Notes: generated by a model not told the origin, from the letters alone. A stretch of DNA of 64,000 nt from an uncultured Anaeromyxobacteraceae bacterium (GCA_964470365.1 CAYYCO010000002.1:1173-65172), one strand, 5' to 3'. Numbered from the stretch's first letter, positions 9,289-18,276 are shown. Translations and numbers: made by a program.

Positions 9289-10283
9289 CTGCCATTAAAC
9301 AATTTCTGACGCACCACATTCGCCACAGCAGAAGGGTTCAGCGCATAAAAAAGGTTGAATTCCAAACGGTTGGCGCACCAGCAATCCGCACAGGTAACTT
9401 TGCCGATCGAATCGAAGGCCGCCTGCAGCCCGACTTCGGCAGCATTCATTCCCGCTCTTGGCACACGACACCGACCACACGGGAAGACATTGCCGAGCGC
9501 GTCAATCCTGCAGGAAACCAGTCCCCCGGCACATTTGATTTCCGTCGGATCCGGCCACCGCCGCAAATGCCGCAGGCCGGCAGGCGAATTGATGATAATC
9601 CGCCTGGCATCCGAACGTTTGCGCGCAATCAATTCATCGATGGCGCGGGTGTACGCCGGTCTTGACGGGGAGAGCGAGTTGTCCAGACCGGAACCGAGCT
9701 GCAGGTGAACGGAAGGCTGAAAACCAACGGGAAGGCGGAGTTCGGAGCAGAGAGTGACCACTTCGCCGATGCGTTCGGCGTTCAATGAATTGATGGTGGC
9801 CGATGCAACGACGTGCAGGCCGCGAGCCCTGGCGGCGTCAATCGCCGAGATCACCTTGTCAAACGTGCTCCTGTGACGAATCCGGTCGTGAATATCGGCC
9901 AGCCCCTCCAGAGACACCGCGATCTGCGACAGCCCGACGATTTCGTTCAGCCGTTCCCCGAGCAGTATTCCGTTGGTGTTCAGCTTTACCAGCATGTCAT
10001 GGCCGCTCGCACGCCTGACGATTGCCGGCAGGTCCTCGCGCAGGAGCGGCTCGCCCCCGGTCAGACTGACTGCGATCGTGCCGCAGGCACGCATCTGGTC
10101 GATCAGATTCAGACACTGTTCCGTGCCCAGTTCGTCGGGAATGCGTTGCCATATGCTGCAGGACGGGCATTGCTCGTTGCAGCGTCCGGTAATGGCCCAC
10201 CCGACAATCAGAGGCCTGCGCACAGGGAGGATTTTCGAGCCCATCAGAGGCAGGGCCCTAATGGCCTTTTCAATCTTTTTCAT
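9285..10283 (-). CDS. Radical SAM enzyme with C-terminal SPASM domain (paralog B)
   Basis: CNEQCPSC (CxxxCxxC), GGEPLL, and C-terminal CAGG...C...PCGRC...CADCWC cysteine cluster. Track start is GTG at 10349. First ATG at 10283 gives an N-terminus the same length as paralog A. Confidence 0.85.
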   Translation of the reverse strand: MKKIEKAIRALPLMGSKILPVRRPLIVGWAITGRCNEQCPSCSIWQRIPDELGTEQCLNLIDQMRACGTIAVSLTGGEPLLREDLPAIVRRASGHDMLVKLNTNGILLGERLNEIVGLSQIAVSLEGLADIHDRIRHRSTFDKVISAIDAARARGLHVVASATINSLNAERIGEVVTLCSELRLPVGFQPSVHLQLGSGLDNSLSPSRPAYTRAIDELIARKRSDARRIIINSPAGLRHLRRWPDPTEIKCAGGLVSCRIDALGNVFPCGRCRVPRAGMNAAEVGLQAAFDSIGKVTCADCWCANRLEFNLFYALNPSAVANVVRQKLFNGR

Positions 10284-11277
10284 GACAATCGTTTTTTGCG
10301 GCTGCGGCTGTGCCGTTCCTGCATAACACTTTACTACCCAACGACGCACGAAACAATGAAACCGCGCCGACGGAGGCCGGCAGCAGGCGCATTATCAAGG
10401 TGACCGCCAGGGCTGACGCGAAGATGGTCGACGCCGGCCCGTCCGAGGCAAAAATCAGAAGAGCCGCGCCCTCCCTGGTTCCAAGCCCGGCAAAAGAAAG
10501 CGGCAGTGCACCGACGACGTGCAACAACAGCAGCTTGTCGAAGAAAACGCCCCCGAGCACCGGTGCAAAAAACGCCACCAGCACCGCGAAGCGCAGGAAT
10601 TCATCAATGTAAACGAGCGCCATCAGGCTGACCCTCGCGGGCACCCTCATGCCGGCGATCGCGGCCAGCGCCCCCTTCAACTGATGAATCAGTTTCCACT
10701 TTTCCGGCTCGCCCTGCCCCTGCTTGACGGCCCCGGGCATTTTGATCAGGCATAGCGCAAGGCATGTCGACAGCATGGTCAACGCGATAAGGGTCCACTG
10801 GAGCGGGGGATTGCCGTAACCGAGCAGCCCCATGCCCAGCGGCAGCAGGCCCAGCAGAGCCAGGAGTTTGTCCAGGCCCCACAGGCTGATTGACTGCCCG
10901 TTGTTCAGTCCCAGGCGCCTGCCCACGACGTAGTACGCGCCGGGATCGCCCAGGAAAAATGGAACGAACGCCTTGATAAACAGCAACAGTGCCCGATTAT
11001 CAATGAGGCGGCCGAAGCCCACAGGCACGCCGATTGCGTTCAGCAGCAGTCGATGGCGCAGGGCCCGCAGGATGAAGTTCGCCAGCACGCTGGCCAGTAT
11101 CGCGAATGCCAGCGCACGCAGGTCAACTGCCATGAGGACCGAAAATTCATCCCGCTCCCCGGCGTGAATCAGATACGCGATGCACAGGCCATACAGAACC
11201 GGCACCGGGGCCAGCTTCAAAATGAATCGGGCCCGGGGCGTCAGTCGACCGAATGAATGTTCGAGAGAAACCGGCAT
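10270..11277 (-). CDS. Flippase-like / lysylphosphatidylglycerol-synthase TM-domain family membrane protein (UPF0104)
   Basis: About 8 TM helices with a ...FAGLGTREGA... motif typical of LPG_synthase_TM. Track start is GTG at 11310. First ATG at 11277. Confidence 0.55.
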   Translation of the reverse strand: MPVSLEHSFGRLTPRARFILKLAPVPVLYGLCIAYLIHAGERDEFSVLMAVDLRALAFAILASVLANFILRALRHRLLLNAIGVPVGFGRLIDNRALLLFIKAFVPFFLGDPGAYYVVGRRLGLNNGQSISLWGLDKLLALLGLLPLGMGLLGYGNPPLQWTLIALTMLSTCLALCLIKMPGAVKQGQGEPEKWKLIHQLKGALAAIAGMRVPARVSLMALVYIDEFLRFAVLVAFFAPVLGGVFFDKLLLLHVVGALPLSFAGLGTREGAALLIFASDGPASTIFASALAVTLIMRLLPASVGAVSLFRASLGSKVLCRNGTAAAAKNDCHEKD

Positions 11278-11321
11278 GCCCACCCCGCCGGCCACGCAAG
11301 GCCGCGTCACAGAGCCATATG

Positions 11322-12752
11322 TTATTTCTTTCGCTTTCTGGTATCCGAATGGACGGCATAGACCAGCATCCGAAGGGCGGTTCGAGCGCCACGCCGGAAT
11401 TCTTCCTTCGAACGGACGCGGGAGAGCGCCCGCAGGACATACGTGGGCCGATAATAGAACCAGTAGTAGGCCATCTTAGTCCACAGTTCGATGCTGCCCT
11501 CGCTCATCTCCGTCCACGGGTTCGGCAGGCGCGCCTCCTCCGCGTTGCCAAGAATGTAATCCCGCCAGAAATCCTTTCCGGTGCGTTTGATCATTTCCGA
11601 ATCGAGATCCGTGCAGGGCTTGGCGATGGTGCGGGAGAACTGGGCGTAATCCAGATCGAGACCGGTGGCATAATCGATGGTACGCAGAAGGCTCATCGGA
11701 GTCTCGCCCGGTACACCGGTCATGAAGAATCCCAGAGCCTTGATTCCGGCCTGGCGCGTCGCACGCAGCGCCAATGAAACCTTCTTCGCATCGACCTTCT
11801 TGTTCATCAGTTTCAGATGGTCTTCCGACGAGGTTTCAATTCCGAAATATATCTTTCGGCAGCCGGCACGGGCCATCAGGTCAAGCAGATCCGGATCCAC
11901 GGCATCTATGCGCGATCGACAGGACCATTCCAGATCCATCTGCCGTTCGATAAGCCCGTTGCAGAGATCGGTGATGCGGCGCCGATTTAGAGGGAAATCG
12001 GCGTCAAAGAAGTCGATTTCCCGCACGCCGTACTTGTCGTAACACTCCTGGATCTCTTCCAGAACGCTCCCGACGCTGCGGGCGTAATACGGGATCTTCG
12101 CGATGGCACAGAATGAGCACTTGTAGGGACACCCCTTGCTGGTAAGCATGATGGTGAAATTGCGGCGCTGGGACGTGATGGAATAATAACGATCATTGGG
12201 CAGCAGATGGCGCGCCGGGAACGGAAGTTCGTCGAATTCGGACTCCGTCGCGGGCGGCGAGATCACGATGCCGCCTTCCCGGCGATAGCAGACGCCCGGA
12301 ATGCCGTCAGGCTCCGTCCCTTTTTCAAGGGCATCGATCAGAAGGGGCAGAGAGTGCAGTGCCTCGCCGGAAATCGCGTAATCAATCGCCTCGTGGGTCA
12401 TCGTTTCCCGCGGATAGAGGGACAGGTTGATTCCGCCGGCCAGAATCGTCGCGCCAAGCGCCTGACGAATCGCCGCGGCATAGGCAAGGGTGTCGTGAAA
12501 CATGTAGGTCGAAAAATAGAAACCCACGTATTTCGGGGCAAATTCGGACAGGGCGGCGATCGTTTCCGGGATGCCGAGCTTCAGTGCATTTGCGTCCAGC
12601 AGAATTACTTCGTGGCCGGCCTTTTCCGCAATCGCCGCCGCATAGGCCAGGTTGATCGGGGGAAAAACCCCGAAATCCTTGTCCACTACCAGGATGTTTT
12701 CTGAAAAACGCTTGTGTTCATAAGGGGCAAAAACAAAAGCGATGCGAGCCAT
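11322..12752 (-). CDS. B12-binding-domain radical SAM enzyme (class B rSAM)
   Basis: N-terminal Rossmann-like B12-binding region (ARIAFVFAPY...VILLDANAL), then KGCPYKCSFC radical-SAM motif and the TIM-barrel core (IYFGIETSS). Confidence 0.85.
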   Translation of the reverse strand: MARIAFVFAPYEHKRFSENILVVDKDFGVFPPINLAYAAAIAEKAGHEVILLDANALKLGIPETIAALSEFAPKYVGFYFSTYMFHDTLAYAAAIRQALGATILAGGINLSLYPRETMTHEAIDYAISGEALHSLPLLIDALEKGTEPDGIPGVCYRREGGIVISPPATESEFDELPFPARHLLPNDRYYSITSQRRNFTIMLTSKGCPYKCSFCAIAKIPYYARSVGSVLEEIQECYDKYGVREIDFFDADFPLNRRRITDLCNGLIERQMDLEWSCRSRIDAVDPDLLDLMARAGCRKIYFGIETSSEDHLKLMNKKVDAKKVSLALRATRQAGIKALGFFMTGVPGETPMSLLRTIDYATGLDLDYAQFSRTIAKPCTDLDSEMIKRTGKDFWRDYILGNAEEARLPNPWTEMSEGSIELWTKMAYYWFYYRPTYVLRALSRVRSKEEFRRGARTALRMLVYAVHSDTRKRKK

Positions 12753-12755
12753 GCG

Positions 12756-13745
12756 TTAATTCACCAGCCGCACAACGTCCGCCAGAGGCCGCGGATCAAG
12801 TGAATACAGCATGTTAAGTTCGAGCGACCCGCAGAAACCGCATCCGCTGCACGATACGGCCGGAAGTTTCCCGATTGCCTCGCCAATGCTGCTGGTACGG
12901 ATGTTCGGCAGCGGCGTCGCGTACGAGACGCGATCGCAGGGCAGAATCGTTCCGTCCGAATCGATCATTATAAATACTTTGCCGGCCGAACATTCCAGGG
13001 GAGGATAGTTGGGCCAGTCGGAGATGTATTTCAGTTCGGCCAGGGAATTTCGGATGCTCCGGTTGCCGCCGCGTTTCTGATCGGTCAGCCAGGCAACAGC
13101 GTCACGCATATCAATGGCATCCGGGGCCAGTTCCCCGACGTTTTCCACCCCACGATATAAATCTTTTACCGGTTGAAATGCCACCACGCACCCAAACCCT
13201 TCAGCAATTTCGAGGATTTGCGGCAAGTGATGAACATTGAAGCGCGTTATCGTGGTCGAAAAACTGATCTTCTTGAGCCGCCGCGAGGCCAGTTCTGCGG
13301 CTTCAATTGCGGCCGCGAAAGCACCCTTCCTGCCACGCACCAGGTCATGAATTTCTTCCGGCCCGTCCAGGCTGATCTTCAGCAGTTCCAGGCCGGCGAG
13401 CTGGTCAATCCGTTTGTGGAGCATGTAACCGCTGCTGTTCATGCTCGGCGCCAGCCCCAATTCGGCCGCGCAGGACACCAGTTCACCGATATCCTTTCGA
13501 AGCAACGGTTCGCCGCCGGAAAATGAAACGTGAACGGTGCCCAGCGATTTCAATTCTGCCAGGCCCCGCTTGATAATCTCGGTCGGAAGTTCCGAAGTTG
13601 CCGAATTTCCCCAGATGTTGCAGTAGGCGCAACGATTGATACAGCGATCCAGCAGATTCCACCGCACCGCCACCGGAACGGGCCGCCCGCCAAGACGAAC
13701 CTTCAGCAGGCAAAGACTGGCCTTGAGTTGTCGCGTGACTCTCAT
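12756..13745 (-). CDS. Radical SAM enzyme with C-terminal SPASM domain (paralog A)
   Basis: CINRCAYC, GGEPLL, and C-terminal ECSAG...PCDRV...CSGCGFCGS. An ATG also exists at 13871. The 13745 start makes its N-terminus co-linear with paralog B. Confidence 0.85.
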   Translation of the reverse strand: MRVTRQLKASLCLLKVRLGGRPVPVAVRWNLLDRCINRCAYCNIWGNSATSELPTEIIKRGLAELKSLGTVHVSFSGGEPLLRKDIGELVSCAAELGLAPSMNSSGYMLHKRIDQLAGLELLKISLDGPEEIHDLVRGRKGAFAAAIEAAELASRRLKKISFSTTITRFNVHHLPQILEIAEGFGCVVAFQPVKDLYRGVENVGELAPDAIDMRDAVAWLTDQKRGGNRSIRNSLAELKYISDWPNYPPLECSAGKVFIMIDSDGTILPCDRVSYATPLPNIRTSSIGEAIGKLPAVSCSGCGFCGSLELNMLYSLDPRPLADVVRLVN

Positions 13746-14059
13746 TACCGAATCCCGATACCGCAGCCGCCCGGCTTGATGAAGGGATGAAGAAACCCCC
13801 ACAACCCCAATTCGGCAAAGTATGCCAATACTGACCGGGTTGTCAAACCGGTCTTCTCCCGATATTCCCATCCGTCGGGGCGGTTCGGTCGACGCGGGTC
13901 GCGGGCGCGGGCTGCTGCAGGTGCTGTGAACGCTCCGGATGTGTCAGGCAAATCTCCGGTTCCGGTTTGACTTCGCCGGACTCCATGAAATAAACTTTTG
14001 TCCGGCAATTCGTCTGATTGTGACAACCGATTGCTCTGACTCATTTTCTGGCAATAAAG
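13746..14059. promoter_or_regulatory. Divergent intergenic region (probable bidirectional promoter/operator) between the rSAM operon and the nitrogenase-like operon
   Basis: 314 bp non-coding (188 bp if the rSAM starts at 13871). Contains an imperfect inverted repeat ggcaattcg...ccgattgc near 14000-14035. No sigma-70 consensus could be assigned confidently. Confidence 0.35.
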
Positions 14060-14878
14060 ATGCAGCGCGAACGGGTGGCGGTGTACGGCAAGGGAGGGGG
14101 TGGCAAGTCTTTCATTTCCGCCAACCTTTCCGTTGAATTCTCGCGCCATGGTTACAGCACCCTGCAGATCGGCTGCGACCCCAAACACGATTCGACCAGG
14201 TCACTCACTTCCGGCAAATCCATCAGGACCGCGCTTTCGTACATGGAAGAAACCGGCCGGCTTGTCGGCAACACGGAATTCGACGTTGTCCAGGGACTTG
14301 AAGGTGTTGCGTGCGTCGAAACCGGCGGGCCGGAACCGGGTGTCGGCTGCGCGGGTCGCGGGATCGTCAGCGCTTTCCAGTTTTTCAGGTCCAGGAACCT
14401 CCTGGACAGATACGACGCCGTGGTGCTTGACGTCCTGGGCGACGTCGTCTGCGGCGGATTCGCCGTGCCGATGCAGCGCGGATTCGCGGAAAAGATCGTC
14501 ATCGTCGTTTCCAATGCCCTCATGTCCATGTATGCGGCGAACAACATCGCACGTGCCCTGGTCCGGTACCGCCGAAACGGGGTATTTCTGGCCGGCATAA
14601 TCGCGAACAATCTTCGCGACGACGACGACGAACAGGAAATTCGACGTTTCGCCGAAGGGTTGAGGGCGCCGGTCATCGCCGCGTTCCGCCATGACCTTCT
14701 GGTCCGCAGGGCCGAAAGGATGGCGCTTCCGCTGCTGGTGGCATTTCCCGACTGTTCCACGGCCGGGGCCTTCCGCGGCCTGGCCGATGCGATAATCAAC
14801 GCCGGCCGGGTCGATGACTGCCCGACGCCATACAGCGAGGAAGAACTGGACTGTTTCTTCAGGAGCCTGCACGAATGA
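14060..14878 (+). CDS. NifH/BchL/CfbC-family ATPase (nitrogenase-like Fe-protein homolog)
   Basis: YGKGGGGKS P-loop, CDPKHDSTR switch I, GGPEPGVGCAGRG (Cys97 equivalent) and VLGDVVCGGFAVP (Cys132 equivalent, switch II). Confidence 0.9.
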   Translation: MQRERVAVYGKGGGGKSFISANLSVEFSRHGYSTLQIGCDPKHDSTRSLTSGKSIRTALSYMEETGRLVGNTEFDVVQGLEGVACVETGGPEPGVGCAGRGIVSAFQFFRSRNLLDRYDAVVLDVLGDVVCGGFAVPMQRGFAEKIVIVVSNALMSMYAANNIARALVRYRRNGVFLAGIIANNLRDDDDEQEIRRFAEGLRAPVIAAFRHDLLVRRAERMALPLLVAFPDCSTAGAFRGLADAIINAGRVDDCPTPYSEEELDCFFRSLHE

Positions 14879-17031
14879 AGCAGTCGCAGCATCGTGCGAT
14901 CCTTGATGAATTTTCGTTCATGGCGCGCCGTCTCGGGTTCAGAATGATGGTCCCCCGTCCCGACGGGTCCCTGTTCATTCTTGTCGAACCGGGGCGCCGG
15001 CTCCTCTGGGTTCCCGAGGCGCGGGCCGGGGATATCGTGGTCAAGGGCATCCCCGGGGGGTTTTCCGGCGACGGGATCGCGCCCGCGGATCTCGAAAACA
15101 CGACACTTCGCCTGCGCGAATCGCTCGAGAGAAAAGAACTGCCGCTTCTGACGTGGCGCACGAATACCGATGTCCCGATTGAACTGTCCAGGTGGCTGGT
15201 CGATTTCCACCTCAGTCCTTTCCTTCAGGAAGAAGTGAGCTCCTGGGGTGAATTCAGGCTGCAGAAAGTCGAGGAACTCGGGGTCGACTCGGTTGCGGTG
15301 ACGTTCCAGGCCCGCGATGCCGTTGTCGTGTGCGAGGTCCGCGCGCTTCGGCTGGTGGATGCGCTAGAACTTTCGCAGTGGCATGTCGTGAATCCGCTGG
15401 CCTGGCGCGTCACTTCCGACACGCGGCTTGATGTCGAGGGCTACAGGGCGCGGCCGGAATACTATCTGTCATATGCCCTTGTTCGAACCTTCGCCCCGGG
15501 CCAGGTGACAAGGGCATTCATTCAGCCGCCAGGCGGGGCCGCGGCCGGCGAGGCCGGCGGTGGAAAAGGATGCACGATCGCTGCCGGCGACGGCTCCGGG
15601 AAAGAGGCCCGCGACACCGTCGCACAGGGATGTTCCTGCGCTTTGCCGCCCGATCCCCGGCAGGAAGTCCCGATCGACAGATTCTTCATGCCTCCGGATT
15701 TCAACCTTCTGGGCGCAGGCGACGTCTTCAGCACCCTTAACAATGCCGGGCCTGAATTCGCGCTGCTTTTCGTTGCGCCGCGCGCCTGCCTGAAGATGCC
15801 GATGTCGGCCAGCTTCAACGCGACAACCTATCTGTGGCACCGGTACGCCAGCCTGCCCATGCAGGTTTCCCGCGCGGTCGCCGCAGTCACCACGATTGAC
15901 GAAATCGACCTGGTGATGAGCATGGAGCGCCAGGTCGTGCAGGTGCTGGACAAGTCGCTGGAGGATCCCGGGGTCAGGATCCTGGTGGTGTTCAGTTGCT
16001 GCGTTGCGGATTTTGTCGGACTTGACGTCGAAGGTATCGTCAGGGAGCGCCTTGGGGATTCGCAAATGCCGCTGATTCTCTGGGGGGCAAGCCCCTGGGG
16101 TCTCGCTTCGGTCGAGGCTTTCTGGCGCCAGGTGTTTGCCATAGCACCACGTCCCCGTTCCGGATTCAAGCCTTCAGGCGTCAACCTTGTCGGGTTCGCG
16201 CCGAATGATTCCCGCATGACGGCGGAACTTGCGCTTGATCTTGGGTCAGCAGGCATCAGGGTGAATTCCACGATGGTGCCGAGCCTTGAATACGACGCTC
16301 TTAACGCGTTCAACAACGCGGAACTCTCCGTGGTTCCGATCGACGACAGCGTCCGCCTGGAACTCGGTTCGGTCCTGGAAGAAACTACATCTCCCCCCGT
16401 TTTGAGGGTTCAAAGACCTTTCGGACTCGATGGAAGCCTGAAGTTCGTCAGGAGCGTGGCATCAACCCTGGGGGTCGCCGAGGCTCCGGGGCTGCTGGAA
16501 AGCGCCGAACGGCACAGGGCCGCCTGGGACGAATACAAAACCCTGGCCTCCGGCTGCACCGTGGCCATCCCTCTCGACATGAGGACGGCTGCCTGCATCA
16601 CCAGACCCGGTGTGCTGTACGGGATCCCGGTGGTGGATCTCATCCGGGAGATGGGTTTCCGTGTCCTGATCATCGTCAGTTACCGCCGTGAAGATGGCGA
16701 AGACGTCCGACAGGTTGTCAGGGAGATCCGCTCCCTATATCCCGAGGGTGTCGATCCCGGCATTGTCATCGAAACGGCGTCGGGCGCCGAAGCGCTTCTC
16801 GATCGACTTGCGGCGGACGACGTTTCGATGGTCATGTCGGAGTTCGCGCCGGACACGCGCGTCACGGAAATGGGAAAATTCAGTTTCGCGCCGCGGCAGC
16901 TTGAGATGGGGCTGGCGGGGGCATTGCGTTCGCAACGGCTGTTGCTGCGGATGGCCCGGTCATCGTCCGTGCTGCGTCGTTTCGACGCCGTCGCCCGGGA
17001 CGCGGTCGGCTTGCCGGGGGAGGTGGTGTAA
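14875..17031 (+). CDS. Nitrogenase component-1-like (NifD/BchN/ChlN-like) subunit with ~235 aa N-terminal extension
   Basis: ATGA overlap with the NifH-like gene. C-terminal ~480 aa carries Oxidored_nitro-like motifs: ...FVAPRACLKM (cf. ChlN GSRTCAH), ILVVFSCCVADFVGLDV (cf. ChlN LVGSCPSEVIKLD, NifD TTCTTGLIGDD) and VNLVGF...AELALDLGSAGIRVN (cf. NLIG...E..LLE.GI.VN). N-terminal 1-235 has no recognisable domain. Confidence 0.7.
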   Translation: MKQSQHRAILDEFSFMARRLGFRMMVPRPDGSLFILVEPGRRLLWVPEARAGDIVVKGIPGGFSGDGIAPADLENTTLRLRESLERKELPLLTWRTNTDVPIELSRWLVDFHLSPFLQEEVSSWGEFRLQKVEELGVDSVAVTFQARDAVVVCEVRALRLVDALELSQWHVVNPLAWRVTSDTRLDVEGYRARPEYYLSYALVRTFAPGQVTRAFIQPPGGAAAGEAGGGKGCTIAAGDGSGKEARDTVAQGCSCALPPDPRQEVPIDRFFMPPDFNLLGAGDVFSTLNNAGPEFALLFVAPRACLKMPMSASFNATTYLWHRYASLPMQVSRAVAAVTTIDEIDLVMSMERQVVQVLDKSLEDPGVRILVVFSCCVADFVGLDVEGIVRERLGDSQMPLILWGASPWGLASVEAFWRQVFAIAPRPRSGFKPSGVNLVGFAPNDSRMTAELALDLGSAGIRVNSTMVPSLEYDALNAFNNAELSVVPIDDSVRLELGSVLEETTSPPVLRVQRPFGLDGSLKFVRSVASTLGVAEAPGLLESAERHRAAWDEYKTLASGCTVAIPLDMRTAACITRPGVLYGIPVVDLIREMGFRVLIIVSYRREDGEDVRQVVREIRSLYPEGVDPGIVIETASGAEALLDRLAADDVSMVMSEFAPDTRVTEMGKFSFAPRQLEMGLAGALRSQRLLLRMARSSSVLRRFDAVARDAVGLPGEVV

Positions 17032-18276
17032 TTGAAAATCGCCCCTTACTTCCTTGACGGCTGCATCCTGACGCTTGCCGGAATGCCCGACCTGGTGTCC
17101 GTTATCGATTCTCCCCTGTGCGAACTCGAGCGGGCCTACACCCTCGATCTCGTCAGCGACGGACACGCGAGCCTTCTTGGCGGCGGCCCTTACGCGAGGG
17201 GCACGAAGCGGCTGTTCACGGTGGACTGGACCCACGGACGCGACGTCAGCGGCGTCGAGCAGAGCCTTGTCGAAAGCATCATGGCCACCGCAGCGATACA
17301 CCCCGACAAACCAATAATGGTCCTCGCCGGTTTTCTGTCGCTGCTGGTGAACACCGACATACCCGGCCTTGTCGCGGATCTGTCCAGCCGTGTCGGCAAC
17401 CCGCTCATCACGGTGAAACAGGATTCTCTGGACGATGACTGGATTGACGGGATTGCTGCCACCCAGGCAGCCGTGCGCGCCGCCATGCCCGTTTCCGGCG
17501 GCGATCCCGGAAGGCCGGTTTTCGAAGGCTACGCTTTCCTTCGACAGAGCGGCGACGAGTGGGGGGACGTGGCGGAACTTGCGGCGTTCGCCAGGTCGGT
17601 CGGCCTGCCGGACCCGATATGGCCTTTTAACGGAATCACGTCTTTTCGAACGCCGTCGCATCCGTCGGCGCCGCGCATCAGGTTCCCGTATGCGCCTGCG
17701 ACCGGGGACGGGAGGGCCGTCGATGTGCCGCTGCCGATCGGACTGGACGACACCGCGCGTTTCATTCGGGTCCTTGCGGACATCGCCGGAAATCCCGCCG
17801 CCGGCGAAGAACTGATTGAACGCGAAACCATGCGCGTGATCAGGATACTCATTCCGCGGATAACGAAGTCCTTCGCGGGCCTGGGCGCTGTCGTGGTGGC
17901 GGACCCGGCGAGGGCCAGGGGGCTGGTGCTGGCGCTTCGCGACCTGGGGATATTCACCCCGCTTGTGATTGCGCTGCGACGATCCGGCATGGGCGAGGAA
18001 GACCTGGCAGCGTGCAGGGGCCCCGGCACCACGGTGATGGTGAATCCGACCCAGCATGACGTGGAAGAAAAGTTCCATGAGGTGGCCTCGAACGGACAGG
18101 CCACCCTGATGATCGGCTCCGGGTTGACGCGGGACGCTGCCCGGAATGCCGGGCTCTCGGTGATCGAGGCGGCATATCCGTGCGTGGCCGAAACCTTTGC
18201 GGCAATGACCCCTCTGATGGGATTCAACGGTTTGCTGCACCTGGCGGATCGCATCGATTCGGCCCTGCTCAGGTGA
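17032..18276 (+). CDS. Nitrogenase component-1-like (NifK/BchB/ChlB-like) subunit
   Basis: TTG start 1 nt after the upstream stop, with GGAGGTG upstream. N-terminus MKIAPYFLDGCILTLAG...VSVIDSPLCELERAY resembles BchB/ChlB MKLAYWMYAGPAHIG...VHAIMHAPLGDDY. Rossmann-like repeats follow. Confidence 0.6.
   Translation: MKIAPYFLDGCILTLAGMPDLVSVIDSPLCELERAYTLDLVSDGHASLLGGGPYARGTKRLFTVDWTHGRDVSGVEQSLVESIMATAAIHPDKPIMVLAGFLSLLVNTDIPGLVADLSSRVGNPLITVKQDSLDDDWIDGIAATQAAVRAAMPVSGGDPGRPVFEGYAFLRQSGDEWGDVAELAAFARSVGLPDPIWPFNGITSFRTPSHPSAPRIRFPYAPATGDGRAVDVPLPIGLDDTARFIRVLADIAGNPAAGEELIERETMRVIRILIPRITKSFAGLGAVVVADPARARGLVLALRDLGIFTPLVIALRRSGMGEEDLAACRGPGTTVMVNPTQHDVEEKFHEVASNGQATLMIGSGLTRDAARNAGLSVIEAAYPCVAETFAAMTPLMGFNGLLHLADRIDSALLR

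Noticed and set aside
13939-14136. 65 aa ORF in the divergent intergenic region as possible rSAM precursor peptide
   Set aside because: Overlaps the nifH-like start in another frame. No leader/core organisation or repeat of modifiable residues. No RBS. Kept only as a remote possibility.
14152-15210. 352 aa minus-strand ORF antisense to the nifH-like gene (also 14201..14872)
   Set aside because: The NifH-like reading frame carries every canonical motif. The antisense ORF is Arg/Ser/Pro-rich with no motif.
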